Source: the human T2T-CHM13v2.0 reference genome, Homo sapiens. From it: a DNA stretch of 64,000 nt. Below, in pieces: positions 33,444 to 49,900 of this stretch. The notes beneath the pieces are model-generated. The model searched no databases, had not been told where the DNA came from, and saw only the letters and a program-made list of their open reading frames with translations. A program made the translations under genes and the position numbers. The DNA lies in assembly GCF_009914755.1 (NCBI RefSeq), contig NC_060944.1. The stretch is one strand, 5' to 3'. Positions within the stretch are counted from its first letter, which is position 1. Every line of letters starts with the position of its first letter.

Positions 33444-34207
33444 CTCAGTATGGTCATGGGAGCCAGGGAGGGGAAGGGACTAGGGTGGTGCTGAACTGCA
33501 AGGGCCACCCTAGCTTTGGCATGGGGTGCTTCCTGTAGCTATAGCCCCCTCCCTCCTGGGTGGGGCTGGCCTCTAGCCAGAGGCTTCTGGAGGACATTTG
33601 GACTGGGAGTGAGGACTCTAGCCAGTCCAGAGGTGAGGAGGGAGTCCTGGTCCTTGCATCTTTATCCCAAGCAGCCTGAATCCCTAGTCAAAAGTGGCCC
33701 CTAAATGGCTCTTAGGGGGTAGGGATGGAAGGAAAGGGAACCCAGGTTAGTGTGGGGAGAGTGGGGGGAAAATGATCAATTCTGAGGCCACAAACATCAA
33801 AACAAAGGCAATCTAGTCTCCTTTCTGGGGAAGAGGTTCTGAAAACTTTCAAGCTCCCTGGCAGAAAAACATTTTCAGGGAGGCTAAGGGGTAAGGGTTG
33901 CACCAATCAGGTAGGGCCCTCCTGCCCCCAGCCACAAACCCTTCCATACCTGCCAGCCTCCTTTGGACAGATTTTGTGGAAATTTTGTGAATTCTGAGGC
34001 CAAGGGAACTGAGGTGTGGGGGTCTCACAGAAGTGTGATAAATTCTAGAAAACTAGCTGCAAGGGACCAGATCTGGGCCCAACCCTGTGATGGGCAGGTG
34101 GGCATGGGCTGCATGTAGTGGTTCTCCTGGTGGCAATGGCGGCTGGACGGAGGATGTGGTGGAGCAGAGAAGGGGGTGGGAGGGTAGAGTGGATGGTCAG
34201 TGTCTGG

Positions 34208-34345
34208 TCATTTCCGACTGAAGAGTGAGCCCAGCAGAACCACGCCGGCCACAGTCATGCCCGTCAGGAACCAGCGGTTGAAGCGTTCCTGGCCCTTTCG
34301 GCTCTCGGCTGCTGCATTGTTCCCATAGAGTTCCACAAAAGTATC
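34208..34345 (-). CDS. BCL2L1: Bcl-2-like protein 1 (Bcl-xL/xS), last coding exon with C-terminal membrane anchor
   Basis: Minus strand ctgcag|GAT start; encodes DTFVELYGNNAAAESRKGQERFNRWFLTGMTVAGVVLLGSLFSRK then TGA; 138 nt. Confidence 0.99.
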   Translation of the reverse strand, partial: DTFVELYGNNAAAESRKGQERFNRWFLTGMTVAGVVLLGSLFSRK

Positions 34346-35389
34346 CTGCAGGGAGAGAGAAGGAAGGTGCAGTTTTAGTCCTCAGAGAGTGATGTAGGTG
34401 GGTGGGGAAAGGGGCCATCTGCATGCTATGGCCTTGGTGATGTGAAAAACTGTAGCCATCTGTGCCCACTCTGGGCCAGGTAAAGGGCTAAGGGTGGTCC
34501 TCTTTCTTGACCCTCCATTGGTGATAATCAAACCATGTTACTGCTGAGAAACAGGTAGAGAGGAGGAAAGTGCCCTGTCTGAGGTAAGTCAAGAAGTAGC
34601 ACTTACTCCAGAATCCAAGGTGGGAACGAGATGGGCAGGGTCAGGGAACTGATGGAAGCCAGGTGGCTGGAGCAGAGTGCAGGAGAGGAGGGCATGGGGG
34701 AGATGATGGTGCAGGGGTGAGCAAGAGCCAGACCATACGTGGCCTGGAAGCCGCAAGGAGCCTAGAGTTGAGTCTGAGGGTAGTGTGGAGTGTGGAGCCA
34801 CTAGGCCTCAGATTTTCTACTGCTGCACCAGAGGGAGGGATAAGGAAGCCCAGGGCTAAATCCCCAGGGTCATTTGAGGCCAATTCAGGGGTAGAATGGG
34901 TCCTGGGACTTCAGCCAGAGGCTCCTCCCTCTGGAGGGAGCCTCTGGTGGGCAGGTTGGTGACAAGAAGAGCAGGGCAGAGGAGAGAGGGTAACAATGAT
35001 GCAGGACTGACAGGCCTCCATCACGGGGTCTGTGAGGCCTTGTCCCGGACATCCTCCACTGCAGGGGGTGTGACTCTGGGCCCAGGAGGTTGTGATCAAC
35101 AGCCCTCTGCCCTGAATCTAAGTCAGAAGGGAAGCACATGACAGGGGGAAGGAGGAGCTGTGGGCTAAATTACCCAGCCCAGGGTGCAGCAGCCTGTGGG
35201 GCAGGGAGAAGGACGCTTAGAACATAACTTTTATGAGTAAGCGTAGTACCCAATTTGTCCTTTAATCCTCCCAACAATTCTGCAATGCAGGCTGTCTCTC
35301 CCCATTTACAGGCCAAGAAGCTGTGCCTCTGAGGGTCCAGGGACTGGATCAAGGTCACCCAGCTGTGTCAGTGGTGGAGCCAGAATCTA

Positions 35390-37995
<2,606 letters not shown>

Positions 37996-40557
37996 ATACT
38001 AGATGTGTCTTGATGAGGGCAGAGGTCCTGTCTCGTTCCTATACACCCAGTGCTCAGAACAGTGTCTTGCTCTGTAAATACATGAGAATACATGAGTTAA
38101 CAAATGTATTGCATGTCTACTACATGTCAGGCATTGGTATCCCATTTCATCTTCATCAGAATCCTGAGATGTAGATTTGAGCCACATTTCACAAATAAGA
38201 TGCCTGATATTTAAAGCAGGGAACACTCAGCAAACAGATAGCAGAGTCGGGATCAAACTGCAAGACTGCCTAGCTTCAAAGGGAGGGCTGCTATGTCAGG
38301 ACACTTCCCTGAAGTTGGAGGCTGGAGGGACCTGTCCTGTCAGTAGTGCTGAAAGGATGGATTTCCAGGAGAAGGAATGTGGGAGCAGGGTTGAGGTGGA
38401 GGATCTGGGGAAAGGAGGGCACTAGGGCCGTGGCTATGCTTCCCTGTCTCCCTCTCCATCCTAGCTAGCCTCTGCGGGTCTTGGCAGACAAAAATATTCT
38501 TACAGGAGGTTTGATTTTGTTGCTCCCAAGTACACCCAGGTGGAGTCACAAAATAGGCTTATCTGTGATGGGGGAGAGTTCCACACTATGAAGAGCATAG
38601 GAGAAGGCCCTGGTTATCCCAAGAGGCCAAATGTCTCTCAAGAAACCAGGGACACTGGGGTTGCAGCCAAAATGGGAGAGGCCTGGCTCCCTTGATGGGA
38701 ACTTTCCTGAAGTAGACGGCTGGCAGCCACAGGAAATTTTCAGCTCTGGGGCTGGGTTGGAGTAAACAGGCGCTGTCCCCACAAGGGCACAAAGCATTCA
38801 CTGTCCAGAAACAGTCATTCCTGGGTGGAGGGAACATTCTCATTTCAGTGCCATAGAAACATTCTCATTTCACCTGCCCCAGCTTCCACTCATGTGTTCC
38901 TGGTCATGACAACCTTCATTTCCATTTCAGCTTCTTTTCCTGGGGAAGGGGAGTAGTATTTCCAAGGGGTGTGGATTCTAAGGATTGCTTTTGCGGAGAC
39001 AGCATGAGCAAAATGGGGCGTGCTGTTCCAGGGCGGGTGCTGGAGAGGCGGTGGCGTGGGTATATTTAGCCCATGGTTCACACGACACACTTGGAAATAA
39101 ACAGAGCCATTTTCTCAGCAGGCGGCTGCTCTGGATAAATAAACAGGATTGCAGAGCAGCCCTGGTCTGGAAAAGCAGAGATAAGCCCCTACTGCACCTT
39201 GGGTGGCTCCCACTGGTTTTAACCAGGCTGGCATGGTAGGCAGGGGATGAGGTTTAAGAGTGGGTTGTAGGGAGGTCTCTGATGTCACAAAGGTTTCTAG
39301 GAGACCCAGGCCCAAGGGCCTGTCTGCATCCTCTGCTTGAGTTAAGAGGAAAGTGGGGTAGCTGACTTCCATGTGGGGGTTTGTAGGGCCACTGGCGACA
39401 GGCAATGGCTAATGACCTCCACAGGAGAGTCATGGATTCCTAGCCAGGTAGGCCCATGAAGTCAGCAAGGCCAACCCACCTGCCCATTCTACGTTTCCAC
39501 TGCTGGTTTGTAGTAGAGCCTACACTAGAAAACTGGGTCTCCTGACTTGGCCCCTAGGAGATGCCCAGGCTAGTATCACTTTCAAGGTCCTTCTTCCAAT
39601 ACTTCAAGAGGCTTCAACAGTCCTGGCCACCCACTTGGAATGGCCCCACACTACATACTCCTGAGTGCTTCAGGCCCTGGTGCCTTTGCCAACACTGTCC
39701 TTTAACTGGTCACTCCATATCTTCCTCAGTTAACCAACCCCTACTAAGCCTATAGGACTCCATTTTGGAGTCCCCTCTTCCCTGCTCATCCCTCCCCAAC
39801 CTCTGGGATGAATGTCTCCTTTCTGTTCCCAGACTCCTTGGACTTCTGTTTATACCAGGGGTATGCACTGAGGCTGGCATTGGAGACTCAGCCGTGAGCA
39901 AGGCTTCCATGGAGCTTATGTTCTAGTCCATTCTCAATGGTGGTAAGATCACCTCCAATGGCGTGAAGTGAAGCATTCTTAGACATTACAGTGATTTGTG
40001 GCTCTCCACAGGGCCACAGCACATAAGGAGATATAGAGTATATAGTATATATAGTATATAGGTATTGCCCTCCCATGAAATTTGAATACCTCAGCTATAC
40101 TATACTATATATACCATATATATACACACAATATGTAGTATATATAGTACTGTATATACTATATATATACTTTACATATACTATATATTATATATTATAC
40201 ATATCTATATCTATATATACTATATATAGTATAGTATAGCTGAGGTATTCAAATTTCATGGGAGGGCAATTAGGACAAAAAAATCTGAAAAAGACTCCTT
40301 GCAGGGGTGGATGATAAAAAAAAAAGGTTGAGAAACCCTGTCTTACTGGGAAGCAGAGAGGATAACAAGAAAAAAAAAAGATAATTTTAGAGATGATAGG
40401 GTTTTAAGTCCTGGGGAGGTGACAGAGAATATCTGGGGGAGCCGGGCACAATGACTCATACCTGTAATCCCAGCACTTTGGGAGGCCGAGGCAGGCAGAT
40501 CACCTGAGGTCAGGAGTTCAAGACCAGCCTGACCAACATGGTGAAACCCTGTCTCTA

Positions 40558-40719
<162 letters not shown>

Positions 40720-41136
40720 TCAAAAAAAAAAAAAAGCCTGTTTTAGCAGAGGTAATAAGTGCAAAGGCCCTGAGGTGGGAGGGAGAGGAGGGGTGTTCCT
40801 GGGTTGATGGCCTCTGTGTGCCTGGTTTCCCCCAACAGTCTGGGGGCTCAGTGCAGGCAGGGACCAAGTCTGGCCCAGGACCTACTCAGACAGGCACAGA
40901 CTGACTTCAGCTAGATCTCTGCCCAGAGGCAGCCAACTGAACGATGCAGGTCACCTTGTAGGTGCCTGTGACCCTGTAGAAGTCAGGTGAAAAGGTTGGC
41001 ATGATGCCCTGAGGAAAGGGGCCCAAGTGCCAGAGGACCAGCCAGAGGCTGAAGTATAGTCCCTACTTGAATCTGATCTTTTAGTTCCCATCCTGGCTTC
41101 ACTGCCCACATTTCCTTCTTTTTTTTTTTCTTGTAA

Positions 41137-41658
<522 letters not shown>

Positions 41659-42963
41659 TAGGAGCTGAGGCAGGAGGATTGCTTGAGCCCAGGAGTCTGA
41701 GACCAGCCTGGGCAACACAGGAGGACCCTGTCTCTACAAAAAAATTAAAAAAAAAAAAAAAATTAGCTGGGTGTGGTGGTATGCATCTATGGTCTCAGCA
41801 ACTCAGGATGCTGAGGAGGATCTTTGAGCCTGGGAGGTCAGGGCTGCATTGAATCATGTTTGGGGCCACTGTACTCCAGCCTGGGCAACAGAGTGAGACC
41901 CTGTCTCAAAAAAACAAAAGATAAAAGCAAAGAAACAAAAAACTATTATTATGACAGCTGACCATTACCAAACATTTCAGTGTTTCACCTGTGCTGGGCA
42001 CTGAGCTATAAAGCAGTCTATGCACACTAGGCCATATTTCCCAATTACATGTACAATCATCATATTCACTTGAGAGATTATTTTTTGTCCTGTCTCCCCC
42101 ACTTGACTGTGTGTGGCTCTGTCACCTGTATCTCTAGAACCTGGTGTGCTATACTTGGAACACAGCAGATGCCATTCTAAATAAATCTATTTTAGAAGAA
42201 CAAATGAATGCTTTCATTTGATCCTCATAACATTTATCAATAGCCCCATTTTACATATGTGAAAATGGAGGCTCCAGAATTTACCCAAGATCCCTATCTA
42301 GGAAGTGGCAAGAGTAGGATCTGTCTGAGTTCTGGCCTCACACCATTCTTTTTCTTTTAATCTATCCAAGATAGTACTTCATTCACACTCATTCTGATGT
42401 CCAATCTTGCCATCTTAGACCCTGCTATCTCTACCCACAGAAAACCTGACTTCCTTAGTGACTTCAGCAGCAGCGCACACTTCCTGAGCACATACTCTGT
42501 AAGGTACTCTTCTTGGTTTTTTTGTAGATTAGTTCATTAGTTGTCTCTACACTCTGTCAGTGGGTACTACCATTAACCCATATAGCTGATGGATATGTGG
42601 CCCACAGATGATCTGTGAATTGCTCAAGGCCATGTAGTGAGCTGGTGACCTAACTGGGATGCCTACACCAGCAATCTGGTTCAGTGCCTTTACTCCTAAC
42701 GTTGATGCAGTACTCTGCTCAGTTTCTAAAGGACAATCATGGGCCAGGTCCATGTACTTCTGTGGCTGAGGAAGGCCTTCATTCTAAGTCCAGGTAACCT
42801 GAGGCTCAGAGATACTGAGACCTAGCTAAAGTGGATAAGTGGCAGCTAGCTGTGATGGCTCACACCTGTAATCCCAGCATCTTTGAGAGTTCAAGGTGGG
42901 CAGACTGTTTGAGCTCAGGAGTTCGAGACCAGCCAGGGCAATATGGTGGGACCCCCATCTCTA

Positions 42964-43254
<291 letters not shown>

Positions 43255-45439
43255 TCAGCTGAATGAATAAGCACTGGCTCCTGCCAGCTGAGGGGAACTG
43301 GTGCCACAGGAAAAGGATGTGACGAAGACCAGGAGGGAAAGTGAAACCCTTCCGTCCTGGCTTCAGTGAGGAACAAGCATGCCTGTGCCAGACGAACCCT
43401 TCCTTCCTCTTGGGTGACTCTGGAGGGCCCAGGCCCATTGCTTCCTTCCTGCTTGGTTATTTCAGGAAAGAGGTAGGTGGAGAAGAGGAAGAGGCTACTA
43501 GCAGCCAGGAAAAGTGCCAGGGACACCAGAACTGTACCTTGTTCTGTCCTTCTCACATCCCTGCATTGGCAGGCTGTGAGTCACCTGCAGAGTCACCTTA
43601 TGCTCCTGGCCTCAGTTTCCCTGAGGGAGAGGCTGATAAATGTGTGCTGAATAGACAAACATGGCCTTGCTAGAAGATCGCTGGGAGATGGTAGGAAGGG
43701 GGTAGGGCAAACGGAGAGGCCTTATCACTCTTTTGGCAGGGAGTTGCAGGCGGAGACTCGGAAGAAGTGAGGTTTGTGGTTGGAATCCACTTCCTCTGGT
43801 TTTCCCAGGGGAGCTGTTGGCTCCCGAGATGTGAGAAGAACATGGCCTTTCTCCTCTCCCCCACGGAAACATAGGCCTGGAGGTGGGCAACTTGGAGAAG
43901 CAGCTCAGTGGAGGCAGGGCAAAGAGAGGGGTGGCAAGACTGTGTTGGGGTCAACACCTCAGTCCAGCCGGCCCAGGTATGGGTGGGTGCCACAGCAAGC
44001 CTTTTGGCTTCTGAGCCTCAGTTTCTCCTGCCTTGACCTCCCTAGCAGTAGTGGTGAGATCAGGGGGTGTCATAGAGGGCTCAAGCCATCTGGGCTATAG
44101 GGAATATTTGGTGGTATCCTCACAACAAACTTCATGTTTATCTTCCTCCAACTCTGACCTGTTCAATTCAGCTGCCAGCCTCTCCTCCTCCACCTCCTCC
44201 CCCACCATTAGTTCTAAGAAGCTGTGCCTGACAGATGCACTTGCATTTCTCAGAAAAGGAAGCGGTTGTGCCGGGAGGAGATAACACCTCCGCTGGGGAA
44301 TCGAGAAAGCTATCAGGCCTAGCAGTGCGAGTGTGGGCTCTCCATCTCTCTGGCTCAGAACCAGGGTGATGGGCTTGGGGGCAAAGAGAGAGAATTCAGA
44401 AAAGCATTTACTGGGGGCAGAGATGCTCATTTGGGGGCTCATAACCTCCTTCCCTGGAACCGATGGAGATAAAACAGCTGATGTTTACTAAGTACCAGGC
44501 ATGGTGCTAAGTGCTTCGTGTGTAAAGAATTTGCTTAATCCTCACAATAATCCCACCGAGTACATGCTGTTATTACTCTCCAGCTTACAGATGAGGAAAC
44601 AGAGGCAGAGAGGATAAATCACCCTCCCAAGGTCACAGAGGCCACAAGTGGTAGAGTTGGGATTTGAATACAGGCAGTCTGTCTCCAGAGTCCAAACATT
44701 TAACTGTTCCTGGGTGGCTGCTATGTGCTCATATAGGCTCATCCCCTGGGATTCCGATGCCTCCCGTCATCTCAACTCTCTCATTTCAACCCTGGTGACT
44801 CCCTATTCTTTCGTAAGTAGATGGCCACAGCCCTCCATTCTTCTCCCAGTGTCCAGGGTGAGAAAAACCAATACTCACCCTTGGAACAGAGTCGGAGACT
44901 CCAGGGACCTTACAGCATGCCCATCCAACCTTCCATGTAATACTCAAGCTCACCACGAACACCCCCATTTCACAGACAGGGTTCAGAAGGGTGGAGTGCT
45001 GAAGTCCCACAGTGGGTCTGTTTCATTCTGATGGTCCACACCCATGGGAGTTGGTAGTCATCTCGAGGGCATTCTCTCCTTATGCACTTATGGAGAGCTC
45101 CCTCCTTCCTGGGTGGGACATTTCATCTTCGGACAGCCCCGTTGGAAAACTCTTCCCTGTCAGGGAGCTGATGCTCGTCTCCCTCTGTCTCCCTTGACTG
45201 GCTGGTCTTAGTTCTGCTCTCTCTCCGCTGCTGCTCTCCTGCTCTCCTCCAAGTATCAGTTGTCTCATTTGTGAAATGGAAGTGCTATCTGGATAAAGGC
45301 AATTAATTTCTACTTCTCTACCAAGCTGGGCTGCCAGAGCACAGAGCAGGCAGAGAACCAATAAGTCTTGCAAACTAGATTAAGATATTTTGCTTTTGAC
45401 CTCATCTGTAAAATGCGGATTAAAAAAATCCTTATTTAA

Positions 45440-45619
<180 letters not shown>

Positions 45620-47893
45620 TAGTAGAGACTGGATTTCACCATGTTGGTCAGGCTGGTCTCAAACTCCTGACCTCAAATGATCCACCCACCTCGGCCCCCC
45701 AAAGTGCTGAGATTACAGGCGTCAGCCACTGCATCTGGCCCAAAATGTCCTTATTTCAAAAGAATACCATGAGGATTCAAATTAATACATGTAAAGGTCT
45801 TAGAATTGTGCATGGCACATAGTTAACTTTGAGTAAATGTCTGGTTTATTGTTCTTACTAGTAGACCATGGCTCAGCTTGTGTCTCGGAGCCTTCTCTAT
45901 GGCTTACAAGGGCCTGCAGGGTTTTCTCAGCTTCACCTAGGGCCAGGCTGCTTCATTCCTCACATGCCATGTTCTGTTCAGACTCAGGACCTTTGCCCAC
46001 ACTGGTGCTTCTACCAAGCTCTGTCCCACTTATCTCTGAGGTCTTAATCCACAGGTCACTTTCTCAAGGAGCCTAGCTGCTCACTTCTTCCCCCATCTGA
46101 CCATGGGCTCTGTCCCCTAGGCCTTGCCCAGTGCTGGGTCCAGAGAAGGTGCTGAAGAGTCTGGCTGAGTGTTGGACAGAGAGGAGGGAAGAGAAGAAAG
46201 GCCAGTTCCCACTCTCTTCATCCCTTTCCTCACTGCCTGGCAAAACTAGAAAGAGGCCCCAATATAGCAGGTGATTATGCAAGGTGTCCAGTATTCTCCA
46301 GACACTTTCTCTCAGGATAAGGAAAGGGGACAGGAAGCTTATGGGAAAGTTCTAGAAAAGGCATCTTTTGCACTGTGCTGAGGCAACAGGCAGGAATGGG
46401 GTAGCAATCTCCAAAAACTAGGACTTCTTTCTGAGGTCTTTGACCCCAAGTGCTCCATAGTCCAAAGCAGCTTCTCCTTCCTCCTCTCCACCCAAAGCTA
46501 TGGCGACTCCCTTGTCTGATGCAGATCAGTGCTGGATGCTGTGGGGAAGAGAGTACTGGGCTGACAGTCAGTGGATGTGGATTTTGTTTCCCAGTTCCAT
46601 CGCTGATTTGCAGGTGAGTCCTTTCCCCTGCCTGAGACTCTGGGAAAGTATGGGCCTTTCCCCAACTGTCAAATGAAGTGGGAATCATCTCAAAGGGCTC
46701 CGTCTAGGGCTACAGCATAAGGAGAATGAAAGTAACTCATGCAGACAGATGAGTGACTACCAGGGTTCTCTCTCTCAGGGGTATCCAAAAGATCCAGTAA
46801 TTAGTGTGTAAATTGAGAAGCAACATTCTGAAGTAGGAGAACTTGTTGCCACAAAGGAGTCTGATCCTTCTCCACCTCAAAGCCCGCTGGGCATTGCTCT
46901 GAACCTGCAGGATTCCAGGGGAAGAGAGCAATAGGCACATCTATGACCAGGCAGACTCCTGGGCAAGGCTAGATCTTTCCACGCTCTAGCTCCTGTGGCC
47001 TCGACCTCTTCACCCCAGCACCGCCTCCAACTAGTCCAGACAAGTCCCAAGTATTTTCAGCCACCTTTATCTGATCAGAAATGTTTGGAATTCCACAGCA
47101 GAAGGCAACAGCTCTGGAGGATTTGGGGAAGGGAGCAAATCCCTGCAACACCCTTCTCTCCCCACTGTACAGATGAATGCTCACACCCCATGTAACCAAA
47201 AACTCAGGGCTGAAGGCACCCACGGTGTTGCATTTCCTTCTATTCTGTGATGTGATGGAACTGGGAAACAAAACCCACATCCACTGACTGTCAGCCTCAT
47301 ACTCTTCTCTGCAGCATCCAACATTGATCTGCACCAGACAAGGGAGTGGGTTCCTTCTTGTTTTCTACCCTATTCATTTCTGCCCCAGTCCATTACCCCT
47401 TTAAGGTGCAGAACAGTAAGATGCCTGAGATGGTGAGAAGAGGGCTAGGGTACTTTGCCTGATGTCGAGGGAGGGGGCACCCAGAGGTGTGCTGTTCACA
47501 GTCAATACCCAGAGCACCACCACCAGGAGGCCTGGAAGCAACTCACTGTCCCACTTGATGTGGCCTGTGGACCACCAGAAATTTCAGAGCGTCACAGAGA
47601 TGTGTGGTTCGATCCTGAGCAGGTAAGAAACTGAGGCCCAGAGGAAGTGAAGGGATACCTCCAAGGCTTCATACAGGGACAGAGCACAGCCTGGTCTCAG
47701 GCCTCCCTACCCTGGAGTGAGACAGTGTGGCTTCCAACCCTAGTTCTGTGACTACCTGGTTGCAGGACCTGGAGCAAGACACTTTCCCCCTCCAAGCCTG
47801 GTGTTCCGGCTGCAAAATGAAAACAGCTGTACTTACTTCACAGGCCTAGCAGCAGAGTTCAATGGTCCATGGTAAGCGTTCTGTAAATGTTAG

Positions 47894-48079
<186 letters not shown>

Positions 48080-48924
48080 TAATTTTTGTATTTTTGCAGG
48101 CTAATTTTTGTATTTTTAGTGGAAATGGGGTTTCGCTATGTTGGCCAGGCTGGTCTCGTACTCCTGGCCTCAAGTGATCTGCCTGCCTCAGCCTCCCAAA
48201 GTGCTGGGATTATAGGCATGAGCCACTGCACCCAGCCTGTTTTTTTATAGCTAAAAAATCAGTGGCTCCATTTGTGCTTCTCATAGTGTCTCTCTTATTT
48301 GTAGCTATAAACAAACAAAAAGTAACAGCTAGTATTTGCTGAACTAATATTTACTGTTTGAATTCTCAAAATCTTGCAAGTAGGTGCTGTTCCCATTTTA
48401 CCAATGAGGAAACTAAAATTCAGCGAAGTGATGAGACTTTGCCTGAGGCCCCTGGTTACTAGTGAGGGCATTCAACTTCACAGCATGTTAAATTTACCAG
48501 TGCAACAGGATACATGAAGAGATTTTACTAAGACCTTCTTTCCTTCACCCTTTCACCTACCCAATATTTACTGAGAATCTGCTATTCTTAGGCCTTCGAA
48601 GTCAGAGATGACTTTAAGTACATGGAAGTAGCATTCCCCCCTGGTTCCCTGGGTGCCTTGAGGGGTGAGAAAGGGAAGAGTGTGCTGAGGCTACTCAGTG
48701 ATGAACCCACTTTCCCCTAAGCCAGATCTGCAAGGACAGTACTTGCAGAGAGAGTTCCTCCCTCTGTCTGATCTTTATCTTGGAAACAAAAGTGATGCCA
48801 CGTAGCTTTGGTGAAGCTATTAGATGAGTTTTCTAAGATGGGACATGACCTATTTGTAAGCCAGGCTGACCTATGGAGTTGTAGGAAGGCCCAGACAGGC
48901 TGCCTTCCCTAGCTTTGGACACTC

Positions 48925-49615
48925 AGTCATTCAACAAATCTTCATTAAGTGCCCACTAAGAGTCAGGCACTGTACTAAGCGCTGGGGATAAAGCAGTGAC
49001 TAAATAGAATGAAAATTCGTACCTGTATGAGTTTATAATCAAATGGGAAGAGACAGGCAATAAACATGTCAGACGGTGATGCATTAAGAAAGAATAAATG
49101 TGAGAAAGCGGGTACAGAGAAACATGGAAGAAGGTAAGATTAGAATCCATGGTCAGGGACAACTTCTTAAGGAGGTGAATTTGATCAGAGACCTGAATGA
49201 AATGAGGAAACAGGCACTGCAAAGATCTGAGAAAAGGCTGTGGGAACAAGTGCAAAGGCCCAGAGGCAGGAACACGCTTGAGGTGCTCCAGGAACAGGAA
49301 AAATGCCAGTGTGGCTGAAGTCCAGTGAATGTGAGGAGACTGGTGGTGATGAGATCTGGAGGTAGCCAAGGGCCCGATTGTGTGGGGCCTGGTAGGCCAT
49401 TTAAAGACTTGGGCTTGTCCTGGGAAAGCACTGTAGGGTTTTGAGCAGGGGAAGGACATGACCTGACCTTGGTGTTAAATAGCGTCCGTCTGGCTGCTGG
49501 GTGGAGATCTCCAGGGGTCTGGTGAGATAATCAGGAAAATATGACAGTGGCTTAGCCACAATGGTGCCAGGGAAGTTGGTGAGAAGCAGTCAGTTTCAGA
49601 ATTTATTTTTTAAAG
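48925..49615 (-). mobile_element. L2 LINE 3' fragment
   Basis: cattcaacaaat...caggcactgtactaagcgctggggata is the reverse complement of an L2 3' end. Confidence 0.75.
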
Positions 49616-49648
49616 TAAGGCTGGGCCAGGTGTAGCGGCTCATGTCTA

Positions 49649-49900
<252 letters not shown>

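Larger units (their letters stand above)
32717..34207 (-). other. BCL2L1: BCL2L1 3'UTR (~1.5 kb; 3' end approximate)
   Basis: Repeat-free sequence between the stop codon and the AATAAA signal. Confidence 0.9.

Noticed and set aside
32882-33508. 208-aa minus-strand ORF
   Set aside because: Lies within the BCL2L1 3'UTR; no recognisable domain.
39167-39184. Possible GATA1::TAL1 composite (CTG...AGATAA)
   Set aside because: Spacing is slightly longer than the usual composite; kept only as a GATA site.
44095-44442. Acidic ORF (VGEEVEEERLAAELNRSELEED)
   Set aside because: Composition comes from a CCT-rich stretch; no homologue recognised, and the region is better explained as an enhancer.
49100-49318. 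Coiled-coil-looking 72-aa ORF
   Set aside because: Antisense reading of an L2 fragment.
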